Shown here piece by piece: positions 1 through 9,410 of a DNA stretch of 64,000 bases. Position 1 is the first letter of the stretch, and each line of letters starts with the position of its first letter. Source of the stretch: Pseudomonadota bacterium (GTDB lineage Bacteria; Pseudomonadota; Gammaproteobacteria; Burkholderiales; Burkholderiaceae_C); NCBI GenBank assembly GCA_040390235.1, contig JAZJYT010000029.1:1473-65472 (forward strand), read 5' to 3'. Both the position numbers and the translations under genes were made by a program. Under the pieces are notes generated by a model. The model saw only the letters and a program-made list of their open reading frames with translations, searched no databases and was not told where the DNA came from.

Positions 1-743
1 ACCGCCATCTCGGCCACGATGCCCACTCCCAGGCCCAGGCGCACGTAGGTCTTGATCACGTCCGCGTCGATGGCTTCCAGCGCGATGCGCGGCTGCAGCT
101 GCTGGGCGGCGAAGGCCTGGTCGATGCGGGTGCGGCCGGTGAACGACGGGTGGTAGGTGACCAGCGGTTCGGCGGCGAGGTCGGCCAGCGTGATGCTGTC
201 CAGCAGGGCCAGCGGGTGGTCGAGCGGTGCCACCAGTACGTGCTGCCACTCGTAGCAGGGCAGGGTGACGAGGTCGGCGTAGTCGGTCAGCGCCTCGGTC
301 GCGATGCCGATCTCGGCCACGTCGTCGATCAGCATGCGTGCGACCTGGTCGGGCGAGCCCTGGTGCAGGCTGATGTTGACCTTGGGATAGGCCTCGCGCA
401 GGCGCGCCACCGGCACCGGCAGCACGTAGCGCGCCTGGCTGTGGGTGGTGGCGATGGACAGGGTGCCGCTGTCCTGGGCACTGAACTGCTCGCCGATGCG
501 GCGCAGGTTGCCGACCTCACGCATGATGAGTTCGATGCTTTTCAGCACATGCCGGCCCGGCTCGGTGACACGCTTGAGCCGTTTGCCGTGGCGCGCGAAG
601 ATTTCCACGCCCAATTCCTCTTCCAGTTCGATGATGGCCTTGGAGACGCCCGGTTGCGAGGTATGCAGGGCCTTGGCCGCCTCGGTCAGGTTCAGGTTGC
701 GGCGGACGGCCTCCTGGACGAAGCGGAACTGGTGGAGGTTCAT
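1..743 (-). CDS. cysB: LysR-family transcriptional regulator, CysB/Cbl-like (C-terminus runs off the window edge)
   Basis: Reverse-strand translation from ATG (complement of 741-743) reads MNLHQFRFVQEAVRRNLNLTEAAKALHTSQPGVSKAIIELEEELGVEIFARHGKR... then ...LSIATTHSQARYVLP... and ...DADVIKTYVRLGLGVGIVAEMA. This parallels E. coli CysB block for block. The ORF is open to the window edge, so it is missing from the ORF track. Confidence 0.8.
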   Translation of the reverse strand, partial: MNLHQFRFVQEAVRRNLNLTEAAKALHTSQPGVSKAIIELEEELGVEIFARHGKRLKRVTEPGRHVLKSIELIMREVGNLRRIGEQFSAQDSGTLSIATTHSQARYVLPVPVARLREAYPKVNISLHQGSPDQVARMLIDDVAEIGIATEALTDYADLVTLPCYEWQHVLVAPLDHPLALLDSITLADLAAEPLVTYHPSFTGRTRIDQAFAAQQLQPRIALEAIDADVIKTYVRLGLGVGIVAEMA

Positions 744-817
744 GTCTTAAATGGGATAAGAGGCCTCGCCATTATGTTTCAGGGTTGGAAAGGTCGCCGC
801 ACGCGCCCCTCCGGCCA

Positions 818-1645
818 TCAGCCCCGCACGGCCTTGAACAGCATGTAGGCCGACAGCATGAACAGCAGGCTGGCGAAGATACGCTTGAGTTTGTCCACCG
901 GCAGCGCATGCGCTGCCCGGGCACCAAAGGGCGCGGTGAGCATGCTGCAGAGGGAGACGGCGACCAGCGCGGGTATCCACACATAGCCGATGGAATGCGC
1001 GGGCAGGTTCTGTACCCCCATGCCGCTGTAGACGTAGCCGGCCACGTTGCTCAGGGCGATCGGGAAGCCGAGGGCCGCGCTGGTGGCCACCGCGGCGTGG
1101 ATGGCCACACCGCGCCGCGCCATGTAGGGCACGCTGATGAATCCACCGCCGGCCCCCACCATGCCGGACAAAAAGCCGATGGCGCCACCGGCCAGGGTGA
1201 TGCCGGCGGCCCCGGGCATGGGCTTGTCGGCCACGCCCTTGGTGCTGGCCAGCATACGCACGGCGGAATAGGCGACGAAGATGCCGAAACCCGCCGCCAG
1301 CCAGCGGCCCTTGAGCAGCGCGAATACCCCGGCGCTTGCAACCAGGCTGCCCAGCACGATGCCCGGCGCCAGCAGCTTGACGAGGTCCCAGCGCAGCGCG
1401 CCGCGTTTCTGGTGGGCGTAGACGCTGGAGGCGGAGGTGAACACGATGGTCGCCATCGAGGTGGCGATGGCCATCTTCACGCCCAGGTCGGCCGGCACAC
1501 CGACCGCGTCCGAGGTCAGCAGTGCGGTGAGGAAGGGCACCAGCACCATGCCCCCGCCGATGCCGAGCAGGCCGGCCAGGAAGCCGGCCACGATGCCGAG
1601 TGCGATGAGTTCCGAATACAGCGGAACGAGTGGGAGGAGGGCCAT
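818..1645 (-). CDS. TauE/SafE (DUF81, TSUP) family anion/sulfite exporter permease
   Basis: 275-aa polytopic membrane ORF with two glycine-rich repeats (GFLAGLLGIGGGMVLVP and GFLSGMVGAGGGFISVP) typical of the family. It lies directly upstream of cysB on the same strand. Confidence 0.8.
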   Translation of the reverse strand: MALLPLVPLYSELIALGIVAGFLAGLLGIGGGMVLVPFLTALLTSDAVGVPADLGVKMAIATSMATIVFTSASSVYAHQKRGALRWDLVKLLAPGIVLGSLVASAGVFALLKGRWLAAGFGIFVAYSAVRMLASTKGVADKPMPGAAGITLAGGAIGFLSGMVGAGGGFISVPYMARRGVAIHAAVATSAALGFPIALSNVAGYVYSGMGVQNLPAHSIGYVWIPALVAVSLCSMLTAPFGARAAHALPVDKLKRIFASLLFMLSAYMLFKAVRG

Positions 1646-1736
1646 GGGCTTCCGGTGAGAACGCTGCCAGGGGTCGGGCAGCCGGCCGGGGATTCTCCCA
1701 TGTACCGGTATAACGGCCTGCGGCCGCTATCGACGG

Positions 1737-1925
1737 AAAAAGGTGCCTGCGGATGCGCACCGGACCGGCATCCTGAACCAGGGTTCAGGTGGGCGAGGGC
1801 AGCCAGGCATTGGGTTCATCTGACGCGAGATGATCACGCCTGCCAGGCAATTTACCAAGCCCGTGCTCTAAGAGCATTGGTACAAGGAAATATAAAGCCC
1901 AGCGAGCACCGCAGACGTCCCTATT
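1737..1925 (-). ncRNA. ssrS: 6S RNA (SsrS) candidate
   Basis: A non-coding stretch of about 190 nt immediately downstream of zapA on the same strand, the position ssrS has in E. coli. The 5' segment GUCUGCGGUGC can pair with the 3' segment GCAUCCGCAGGCACC. There is an AU-rich bubble (UUUAUAUUUCC) and an apical stem UACCAA-UGCUCUUAGAGCA-...UUGGUA. A 3'-half hairpin CCUGAACCCUGGUUCAGG mirrors E. coli CCUUGAACCAAGGGUUCAAGG. It ends in a U-run. Boundaries are approximate. Confidence 0.55.
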
Positions 1926-1962
1926 GTAGGCCCCTGTCTGCGAGAACCCGAACAAAAAAGGC

Positions 1963-2292
1963 CTACAGCAGGCGTCCGTCTTCGTTCAGTGCTTCGTCGA
2001 GCCGGTACAGCAGGTGGGTCCAGCGGGCGGGATCGTTTTCGTCGCCCGAGGGCGCGGCCGCGTTGTAGGGCACCACCGAAGGCACGGCGGCGGCGCGGTC
2101 GGTCGCGTCGAAGGCCAGGTTGAGGGCGGCCAGCACGGCAATGCGGTCGCGTGCGCGGATCTTGCCGGCGTCGCGGATGCGGGTCATGGCCGTGTTGACC
2201 TTGTCGACCGCATCGCGCAGGCGTGCCTCGCCGCCCTCGGGGCAGCCCAGCAGGTAGCCCTGGCCCATGATCTGCACTTCGAGTTGTTTCAT
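1963..2292 (-). CDS. zapA: cell division protein ZapA
   Basis: 109 aa starting MKQLEVQIMGQGYLLGCPEGGEARLRDAVDKVNTAMTRIR..., a typical ZapA N-terminal fold sequence. It overlaps the upstream coiled-coil gene by 4 nt. Confidence 0.85.
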   Translation of the reverse strand: MKQLEVQIMGQGYLLGCPEGGEARLRDAVDKVNTAMTRIRDAGKIRARDRIAVLAALNLAFDATDRAAAVPSVVPYNAAAPSGDENDPARWTHLLYRLDEALNEDGRLL

Positions 2293-2504
2293 GCCTCGTC
2301 GCCTCCGGCCGGCAGGCGGTCGAGCACGGCGTCGATACGCACCCGCGCCGCGTTCAGGCGCGATTTGAGCGCATCGCGCTCCTTGGTGAGCGCGGCCACC
2401 TGCTCCACCAGCAAGGTGTTGGTACGGCGCAGTTCGTTGTGGCGCAGCAGCAGGCGCTCCACACGCTCTGCGATCTGTTCGATGGGGACGGGAACGTTGG
2501 CCAT
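2289..2504 (-). CDS. small coiled-coil protein, ZapB-like (TIGR02449-type)
   Basis: Taking the internal ATG (MANVPVPIEQIAERVERLLLRHNELRRTNTLLVEQVAALTKERDALKSRLNAARVRIDAVLDRL) gives about 71 aa of heptad-like sequence. It is translationally coupled to zapA. The longer 99-aa ORF start would run into the riboswitch promoter region. Confidence 0.6.
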   Translation of the reverse strand: MANVPVPIEQIAERVERLLLRHNELRRTNTLLVEQVAALTKERDALKSRLNAARVRIDAVLDRLPAGGDEA

Positions 2505-2604
2505 GGACGCGCAGATTGTAGGGTTATGTGCCGGTTTTCCGGGACCGCAGGGCGCCGGCCAGGCACCGGTTGGCGGAATAATGCACAAACGGTCCCGTTA
2601 GAAT

Positions 2605-2815
2605 CGCCCGGTTGGTGCTCGCCGACCGGTTCACGGGAAGCAGTTCAACGGGAAGCAGGAGGGATGTCCATACGGACACCCGACCTGCGCTGCCCCCGCA
2701 ACGGTCGGCGGAAGAACCGCAGGGTTCGGTTTTCCTCATCAGCCACTGGGTGCCACAGGCGCCTGGGAAGGCGAGGGATGCTTTTTCCGCCCAGCCCGGA
2801 TACCGGCCAACGAGG
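2605..2815 (+). promoter_or_regulatory. cobalamin (AdoCbl) riboswitch in the btuB-cob operon leader
   Basis: Conserved core elements are visible: ggttggtgc...cacgggaagc, gctgcccccgcaacggt, the B12 box agccactgg (GCCACTG at 2742-2748) followed by gggaaggc, and a closing agcccggataccggcc. A TAGAAT -10-like hexamer sits just upstream near 2598. It lies about 110 nt ahead of the btuB start. Confidence 0.85.
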
Positions 2816-2923
2816 TGGTCGCCATGCCTGCTTCCTTTTGTGAGGAGCGTACGCATGGTCGGCCGTGAAGCCCAGTACCGGCGGGGATGCCGGTCAGGGC
2901 GCGTTTTGCACAAGACCGTTCCC

Positions 2924-4756
2924 ATGAAAAACCGTTCGTCCCGCCTGCCGGTGGCCCTGCTGCCGCTGGCAATCTTTCCGTTGGCCGCCGCCTTTCCCCT
3001 CCATGCCCAGACCGCCGCACCGCAGCTGGCCGAAACCGTGGTCACCGCCACGCGGGTGCCCGAGGCCCTGTCGGACCTGGTGGCCGACGTGTCCATCGTC
3101 GACCGGGACACCATCGAGCGCAGCGGCGCCACCGGCGTGGCCGACGTGCTGGCGCGCCTGCCGGGCGTGGAAATCGTGCGCAACGGCGGTGCCGGCAACG
3201 CCACCAGCGTGTACCTGCGTGGTGCCGAGTCGCGTTTCACCGCGGTCTATATCGACGGTGTGCGTATCGACTCGCAGTCCACCGGCGGCGCCATCTGGGA
3301 GCAGATCCCGCTGTCGCAGATCGACCGCATCGAGGTGCTGCGCGGCCCGGCCGCGGCGGTGTACGGCTCCGACGCCATCGGCGGTGTGATCCAGTTGTTC
3401 ACCAAGAAGGGCGAGCCTGGTTTCCACCCGTTCGTGGGCATAGGCGCGGGCAACCACGGCACGCGCAAGATCGAAGCCGGCGCCAGCGGCACGGCCGGTG
3501 TCGATGGCGCTTTCGACTATTCGCTGGGCCTGGCACGCGAGATCAGCACGGGTTTCAACAGCCGCCCCCTGCCGACCCAGAATCCCGACCTCGACGGCTA
3601 CCGCAGCACCTCGGCCAATGCCAAGATCGGCTTTCGTATCGATGCGCGCAACCGCATCGAAGGCACGCTGCTGGGCAACAACATGAATTCGCAGTACGAC
3701 AGCTCGCTGAAGGCCAACGACGTCAACAAACACGAACTGCGTACCGGCGGGCTGACCTGGTTGTCGCAGTGGACCGATGCCTACAGCACCCGCCTGCAGG
3801 TGACGGAATCGCGCAGCAGCTACGAGACCCTGCCTTCGCCCTACCTCACCATCACCGAACTGCGCAACTACCTGTTCCAGAACGAGTACCGCAGCGGCCC
3901 GCACCTGTTCACCGCCGCGCTGGAGCGCCGCGAGGACCACCTGCGCAATGACCCGATCGACCGCAGCCGTTCGCAGAACGCGCTGGCGCTGGGCTACGGC
4001 CTGGTGTCCGGCCCGCACTCCCTGCAGCTCAACGCGCGCCACGACGACGACAGCGAGTTCGGCGGCCACAACACCGGCAGCGCCGCCTACGGTTTTTCCA
4101 TCACGCCGCAGTGGCGTGTCACCGCGTCGGCCGGCACGGCCTTCCGTGCGCCCACGCTGTTCCAGCGTTTCAGCCAGTACGGCCTGGGTTCGCTGCAGCC
4201 CGAAACCTCGCACAACATCGAGGCCGGCCTGAAGTGGGCGCAGGGCGCCAGCAGCGCCGGTGTGGTGGTCTACCGCAACAAGGTGGACAACCTCATCACC
4301 TTCGCCGCCGCCGGCGGCTGCGCTTCCACGCTGGGCTGCTACCGCAATACCGCGCATGCCGAATACAAGGGCATGACCTTCTCGGCGGCGCAGCGGGTGG
4401 GCGAGGTGTCGCTGCGCGGATCACTCGACGTGCAGGACCCGCGCGACACCGTCACCGGTAAGCTGCTGGCCCGCCGTTCGCGCCAGCATGCCAGCTTCGG
4501 TGCCGATACGCAGCTGGCGGGTTGGACGCTGGGAGCCGAGGTGCAGGCCTCGGGCAGCCGTTTCGACGACGCGGCCAACACCCAGCGGCTGGGCGGCTAC
4601 ACCCTGGTCAACCTCTACGCCAGCACCCGCGTCGCCCGCGACTACACGGTGCTGGCGCGCATCGACAACCTGGCCAACAAGCCCTACGAACTGGCCCGTA
4701 CCTACGCCACGCCGGGGCGTGTGTTGTACGTCGGTCTGAAATGGGCGCCGCTGTAA
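2924..4756 (+). CDS. btuB: TonB-dependent vitamin B12 outer-membrane receptor
   Basis: Internal ATG at 2924 gives MKNRSSRLPVALLPLAIFPLAAAFPLHAQ (signal peptide), then a TonB-box-like AETVVTATRV. Plug-domain motifs follow (IEVLRGPAAAVYGSDAIGGVIQLFTK), and the C-terminus is a typical barrel end, ...GRVLYVGLKWAPL. It is preceded by the B12 riboswitch. The upstream part of the 714-aa ORF is the riboswitch read in frame. Confidence 0.9.
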   Translation: MKNRSSRLPVALLPLAIFPLAAAFPLHAQTAAPQLAETVVTATRVPEALSDLVADVSIVDRDTIERSGATGVADVLARLPGVEIVRNGGAGNATSVYLRGAESRFTAVYIDGVRIDSQSTGGAIWEQIPLSQIDRIEVLRGPAAAVYGSDAIGGVIQLFTKKGEPGFHPFVGIGAGNHGTRKIEAGASGTAGVDGAFDYSLGLAREISTGFNSRPLPTQNPDLDGYRSTSANAKIGFRIDARNRIEGTLLGNNMNSQYDSSLKANDVNKHELRTGGLTWLSQWTDAYSTRLQVTESRSSYETLPSPYLTITELRNYLFQNEYRSGPHLFTAALERREDHLRNDPIDRSRSQNALALGYGLVSGPHSLQLNARHDDDSEFGGHNTGSAAYGFSITPQWRVTASAGTAFRAPTLFQRFSQYGLGSLQPETSHNIEAGLKWAQGASSAGVVVYRNKVDNLITFAAAGGCASTLGCYRNTAHAEYKGMTFSAAQRVGEVSLRGSLDVQDPRDTVTGKLLARRSRQHASFGADTQLAGWTLGAEVQASGSRFDDAANTQRLGGYTLVNLYASTRVARDYTVLARIDNLANKPYELARTYATPGRVLYVGLKWAPL

Positions 4757-4766
4757 GGGGCTCGCC

Positions 4767-6107
4767 TTGACCGGCGCCGCCACCTGCCCGGCGCTGCTCG
4801 TCGCCGCGCCCGCCTCCGGGCAGGGCAAGACCACCGTGGCCGCGGCCCTGGCGCGGCTGCACACCCGTGCCGGCCGGCGGGTACGCGCCTTCAAGTGCGG
4901 GCCGGACTTCCTTGACCCGTTCTGGCTGGCCACCGCCACCGGCGCGCCGGTCGATGCGCTCGATCTGTGGATGACGGGCGAGGCCGACTGCGCGGCAAGG
5001 TTGCATGCGGCCGCGCGGCATGCCGACCTGGTCATCGTCGAAGGTGCCATGGGCCTGTTCGACGGCACACCGAGCGCGGCCGACATCGCCTCGCGTTTCG
5101 GCCTGCCGGTACTGGCCGTGGTCGACGCCCATGCCATGGCCGGCACCTTCGGTGCCATGGCCTTCGGCCTGCGGCACTATCGCGAGGGCCTGCCCTGGGC
5201 GGGTGTGCTGGCCAACCGGGTGGCCAGCGAACGCCACGCCCTGATGCTGCGCGACGGACTGCGCGACCCGGGCGACTGGCTCGGTGCCCTGCCGCGCGGC
5301 AGCGCCTGGGCGCTGCCCGAGCGGCACCTGGGCCTGGCCTCGGACCTACCCGCCGCCGATGCGCTGGCACGGCTGGACGCGGCGGCCGATGCACTGGCCG
5401 ACACCCCGCTGGGCCGCATGGGGCCGGCGGCGCTGGCACCGTGGGCGGTGGATTTCAGTCCGGTGGCGGCGGTGCATGACGCGGCACTGGCCCGGCAGCC
5501 GCTGCGCGGCACACACATCGCCATCGCACGCGATGCGGGTTTCTGTTTCATCTACGGCGCCAACCTGGACTGCCTGCTGGCGCTGGGTGCCACGCTGGAC
5601 TTCTTCTCGCCGCTGGCCAACCAGCCCCTGCCGCCTTGCGACGCGGTCTGGCTGCCCGGCGGCTACCCCGAACTGCACCTGCCGGCCCTGGCCCAGGCCA
5701 CGCAGACGCGGCGCGGCCTGGCCGCCCACATCAGCGCCGGCCGCCCGGTATGGGCCGAGTGCGGGGGCATGATGGCGCTGATGGAAAGCATCGTCGACAC
5801 CGCGGGCTGCCGCCACCCGGCCTGGGGCCTGCTCCCGGGCAGCACCACCATGCAGAAACGCCTGGCCGCCCTCGGGCCGCAGCAACTGGCCCTGCCCGCG
5901 GGCACGCTGCGCGGCCATACCTTCCACTATTCGACCGCCACCACGGGGCTGCAGACCCCGGCCCGTACCGCGCGGCCGGGCGTGGCGCCCGCGGCGGATG
6001 CCGGCGAGGCCCTGTACCGGCAGGGGCCGGTGCAGGCCAGCTATTTCCATGCCTGGTTTCCCTCGTCGCCGGCTGCGGCGGCCTCCTTGTTCGGGGGGGC
6101 GGTATGA
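4767..6107 (+). CDS. cobB: cobyrinate a,c-diamide synthase
   Basis: N-terminus CPALLVAAPASGQGKTTVAAALARLHTRAGRRVRAFKCGPDFLDP (CbiA/CobB ATPase domain). The C-terminal GATase region has ...WAECGGMMAL.... The start appears to be TTG at 4767, but the exact start is uncertain. Confidence 0.85.
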   Translation: MTGAATCPALLVAAPASGQGKTTVAAALARLHTRAGRRVRAFKCGPDFLDPFWLATATGAPVDALDLWMTGEADCAARLHAAARHADLVIVEGAMGLFDGTPSAADIASRFGLPVLAVVDAHAMAGTFGAMAFGLRHYREGLPWAGVLANRVASERHALMLRDGLRDPGDWLGALPRGSAWALPERHLGLASDLPAADALARLDAAADALADTPLGRMGPAALAPWAVDFSPVAAVHDAALARQPLRGTHIAIARDAGFCFIYGANLDCLLALGATLDFFSPLANQPLPPCDAVWLPGGYPELHLPALAQATQTRRGLAAHISAGRPVWAECGGMMALMESIVDTAGCRHPAWGLLPGSTTMQKRLAALGPQQLALPAGTLRGHTFHYSTATTGLQTPARTARPGVAPAADAGEALYRQGPVQASYFHAWFPSSPAAAASLFGGAV

Positions 6108-6688
6108 ACGCGGCGGCAGCGCTGGCCGTGGCCCGCAGCGAACTGGTGCTGGGCGGCCAGAAAAGCGGCAAGTCGCGCCGCGCCGAGTCGCTGGCCGCCC
6201 ATTGGCTGGCCGCATCGCCGGCCCACCGGGCCGTCTTCATCGCCACCGCCCACGCCGGGGACGGCGAGATGCACGAACGTATCGCGCGCCACCGGGCCGA
6301 CCGGGCGCGGCGCCTGCCCGGCATGGCCACGGTGGAGGAGCCGCTGCGGCTGGCCGAGGCCATCGTGCACCACAGCCATGCCGACACGCTGGTGGTGGTG
6401 GACTGCCTGACGCTGTGGCTCACCAACTGCATCTACCAGGAGCCTGGTACTTCGCCGGCGCCTGATCTGCCCGCCTTGCTGGCGGACGTGGCGGGCGCCA
6501 TAACGCAGGCCCCGGGCCCGCTGGTGCTGGTGTCCAACGAAATCGGGCTCGGTGTGGTGCCCCTGGGCCGCGAGGTGCGGGCCTTCGTCGATGCGCTGGG
6601 CCAGCTCAACCAGCACACCGCGGCGGCCTGCGCGCGGGTGACACTGATGGCGGCGGGACTCCCCCTCACCTTGAAGGATTCGGCATGA
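6104..6688 (+). CDS. cobU: bifunctional adenosylcobinamide kinase / adenosylcobinamide-phosphate guanylyltransferase
   Basis: ATG at 6104 overlaps the cobB stop (ATGA). It reads MNAAAALAVARSELVLGGQKSGKSRRAE (P-loop) ...VVVDCLTLWLTN...LVLVSNEIGLGVVP, typical of CobU/CobP. Only the last 194 codons of the 350-aa track ORF are used. Confidence 0.85.
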   Translation: MNAAAALAVARSELVLGGQKSGKSRRAESLAAHWLAASPAHRAVFIATAHAGDGEMHERIARHRADRARRLPGMATVEEPLRLAEAIVHHSHADTLVVVDCLTLWLTNCIYQEPGTSPAPDLPALLADVAGAITQAPGPLVLVSNEIGLGVVPLGREVRAFVDALGQLNQHTAAACARVTLMAAGLPLTLKDSA

Positions 6689-7560
6689 GGTTTTTCCCGT
6701 CCGCGCTGCGGACCGCCGTGGCCTTGCTGGCCGTGGTGTCGGGCTGTGCGCAGGCGCTGGATATCACCGACGGCCGCGGCCGCACGGTGCATTTCGAGCG
6801 GCCGCCCCAGCGCATCGTCAGCCTGCTGCCCTCGCTCACCGAAAGTGTCTGCGGGCTGGACCAGTGCCAGCGCCTGGTGGGGGTGGACCGGTACTCCAAC
6901 TTCCCCGAGAGTGTGCGCCGCCTGCCGCAGGTCGGCGGCGGGGTGGACCCGAGCATCGAGGCCATCGTCGCGCTGCGGCCCGACGTAGTGCTGCTGGCCA
7001 CCTCGTCGCGCGCCAGCGACCGGCTGGAGGCGCTGGGCATCAAGGTGGTGGCACTGGAGCCCAAGACCTATGCCAGCGTACGCAAGGTGCTGCAACAGGT
7101 GGCGTCGCTGCTGGGCGTGCCGGACGCGGAGGCGGCACGGCTCTGGCGTGTCATCGACGCGGGTGTGGAAGCCGCCGCCCAGTCGCTGCCGCCGCGGGCC
7201 CGACACGCGCGGGTGTACTTCGAGGTGAGCCGCGGGCCCTATGCGGCAGGCGAGTCGTCCTTCATCGGCGAGACGCTGGCGCGGCTGGGGGTACACAACG
7301 TGGTGCCGGCGGCGCTCGGGCCGTTCCCGCAGCTCAACCCCGAGTACGTGGTGCGGGCCAACCCCGACATCATCATGATCGGCAACCGCAGCATGCAGGC
7401 CATGGTGCCGTACCCCGGCTGGAACCACATCAAGGCGGTGCGCGAGCAGCGCATCTGCGTCTTCGGTCCGGGCGACTCCGACGTGGTGGTGCGCCCCGGC
7501 CCGCGTATGGCGGAGGCCGCGCGCATCATGGCGAAATGCATAACGGACAAGGCCCCGTGA
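6685..7560 (+). CDS. btuF: periplasmic cobalamin-binding protein of ABC importer
   Basis: 291 aa with a lipoprotein-like signal (LLAVVSGCAQA) and the class-III SBP motif RIVSLLPSLTESVCGL. It overlaps the cobU stop by 4 nt and is followed by a FecCD permease and an ATPase. Confidence 0.8.
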   Translation: MRFFPSALRTAVALLAVVSGCAQALDITDGRGRTVHFERPPQRIVSLLPSLTESVCGLDQCQRLVGVDRYSNFPESVRRLPQVGGGVDPSIEAIVALRPDVVLLATSSRASDRLEALGIKVVALEPKTYASVRKVLQQVASLLGVPDAEAARLWRVIDAGVEAAAQSLPPRARHARVYFEVSRGPYAAGESSFIGETLARLGVHNVVPAALGPFPQLNPEYVVRANPDIIMIGNRSMQAMVPYPGWNHIKAVREQRICVFGPGDSDVVVRPGPRMAEAARIMAKCITDKAP

Positions 7561-7561
7561 C

Positions 7562-8611
7562 ATGCCGCTGACGGCACCGTCCCTTCCTGCCGACCGGCGC
7601 CACCCGCACCGCCGTGCGCTGCGCCTGGGCGCGGCGCTGCTGGTGCTGGCCGCGCTGCTGCTGGCGCTCGGCGCCGCCGTGGGCAGCACCGGCGTCGACA
7701 GCCTGGCGGCCATGCGCAGCGATCCGGTGGCCTGGCAGATCGTGTGGGACATCCGCCTGCCGCGCACCGCGGGTGCCTGGATCACCGGCGCCCTGCTGGG
7801 GCTGGCCGGTGCGGTGGCGCAGGGCCTGTTCCGCAACCCGCTGGCCGAACCCTACCTGCTGGGCAGTGGCGCGGGTGCATCGCTGGGCGCCGCGCTGGCC
7901 CTGCTGGCGGTGGGGCGCACGCCGGCAGCGGCCCTGTCGGGCGGCTGGTGGCTGCAGCTGGGCATTACCGGCGCGGCCTTTGCCGGCGCGGTGCTGGCCG
8001 TGGTGCTCACCCTCACGCTGGCACGCGGCGCATTGCACACGTTGCGCCTGCTGCTGGGCGGTGTGATAGTGGGCGTGGTGCTGGGTGCGGCCAAGGACCT
8101 GGTCACGCTGGCGGCGCCCGACATCCTGCAGTCCATGCAGGCCTTCACCCTGGGCAGCACCAGTTTCCTGGGCTGGCAGGCGGTGGTGCTGATGGGTGGG
8201 GTGCTGGTGCTGTGCCTGCTTGCTGCCTGGCTGCTGGCACCGGTGCTCGACGGCCTCACCCTGGGCGAGGCCACGGCCACCAGCCTGGGCCTGTCGCTGC
8301 CCGGCCTGCGTGCCGCCCTGGTGGCGGTGCTGGCGCTGGCCACCGGCACGGCGGTGGCGCATGCCGGGCTGGTCGCCTTCATCGGCCTGGCCGCGCCGCA
8401 CCTGGTGCGGCCGCTGCTGCGCTCCACGCACGCCTCCCTGCTGCTGCTGTCGGCCTGCATGGGCGGTGCACTGCTGATGGTGGCCGACCTGCTGGCACGC
8501 TGGGTGCTGGCACCGCAGGAGCTGCCGGTGGGGGTGCTCACCGCGCTGATCGGCGGCGCCTACCTGCTGTGGCTGATGCACCGGCGCAATATGGCGGGGA
8601 GCGGGCGGTGA
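7562..8611 (+). CDS. btuC: FecCD-family ABC permease (cobalamin import)
   Basis: 349-aa polytopic ORF with the FecCD signature region ...RNPLAEPYLLGSGAGASLGAALALL... and a C-terminal ...GVLTALIGGAYLLWLM. Confidence 0.85.
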   Translation: MPLTAPSLPADRRHPHRRALRLGAALLVLAALLLALGAAVGSTGVDSLAAMRSDPVAWQIVWDIRLPRTAGAWITGALLGLAGAVAQGLFRNPLAEPYLLGSGAGASLGAALALLAVGRTPAAALSGGWWLQLGITGAAFAGAVLAVVLTLTLARGALHTLRLLLGGVIVGVVLGAAKDLVTLAAPDILQSMQAFTLGSTSFLGWQAVVLMGGVLVLCLLAAWLLAPVLDGLTLGEATATSLGLSLPGLRAALVAVLALATGTAVAHAGLVAFIGLAAPHLVRPLLRSTHASLLLLSACMGGALLMVADLLARWVLAPQELPVGVLTALIGGAYLLWLMHRRNMAGSGR

Positions 8612-9387
8612 CGGCGCTGGCACCCACCCCCGCCCTGGTCGGCCGCGCCATCGACGCCCGGCTGGGCCACACGCGGGTGTTGCACGGTATCGACCTGGTG
8701 CTGCCGGCGGGCCGCTGGACCAGCATCGTCGGGCCCAACGGCGCCGGCAAATCGACCCTGCTCAAGGTCCTGGCGGGCCTGCTGCCCTGCGACGGCGAGG
8801 TGCTGCTGGAAGGCCGGCCGCTGGCCGCCTGGCCCGGCCGCGCACGGGCGCAGCGGGTGTCCTGGCTGGGCCAGGGCGAGGGCGGCGCCGACGACCTGAC
8901 GGCCTACGACGTGGCCCTGCTGGGCCGCCTGCCGCACCGGCCCTGGCTGGCGCAGGCCACGCCGGCCGACCATGCCGCGGTGGAACGTGCCTTGCGCGCC
9001 ACCCAGGCCTGGGACTGGCGCGACCGCCCGCTGGGTGAACTCTCCGGCGGCGAGCGCCAGCGGGTGCTGCTGGCCCGTGCCCTGGCGGTGGAGGCCGCGG
9101 TGCTGCTGATGGACGAACCCCTGGCCAACCTCGACCCGCCGCACCAGGCCGACTGGCTGGCCGCGGTGCGGGCCCTGGTGGCCGCCGGCCGCACGGTGGT
9201 GAGTGTGCTGCACGAGATCGGTTTTGCCCTGCAGGCCGACGACGTGCTGGTGCTGCGCGCCGGGCGTGTGGTCCATGCGGGACCCGCGGCGGATGCGGCC
9301 ACCCACCGTGCGCTGGAGCAGGTTTTCGACCAACGCATCGCCATCGAAGCACTGCACGGGCAGTGGGTGGCGCTGCCCCGACCCTAG
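8608..9387 (+). CDS. btuD: ABC transporter ATP-binding protein (cobalamin import)
   Basis: GTG at 8608 overlaps the btuC stop (GTGA). Walker A is [16 protein letters not shown], the ABC signature is [15 protein letters not shown] and Walker B is LLMDEP. It uses the last 259 codons of the 547-aa track ORF. Confidence 0.85.
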   Translation: MTALAPTPALVGRAIDARLGHTRVLHGIDLVLPAGRWTSIVGPNGAGKSTLLKVLAGLLPCDGEVLLEGRPLAAWPGRARAQRVSWLGQGEGGADDLTAYDVALLGRLPHRPWLAQATPADHAAVERALRATQAWDWRDRPLGELSGGERQRVLLARALAVEAAVLLMDEPLANLDPPHQADWLAAVRALVAAGRTVVSVLHEIGFALQADDVLVLRAGRVVHAGPAADAATHRALEQVFDQRIAIEALHGQWVALPRP

Positions 9388-9410
9388 ACACCCGAGAAGA
9401 GGCACACGCC

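Noticed and set aside
150-848. A 232-aa plus-strand ORF at the window start.
   Set aside because: It is antisense to the CysB-like gene, whose reverse-strand translation matches CysB motif for motif.
7526-8623. A 365-aa minus-strand ORF rich in His/Gln/Arg/Gly, with similar ORFs at 8560-9429, 10811-11917, 23269-25152 and 37130-38653.
   Set aside because: All are antisense to well-supported genes (btuC, btuD, cobD, gdhA/EamA, hydrolase/relA). They have repetitive low-complexity translations, so they are GC-driven artefacts.
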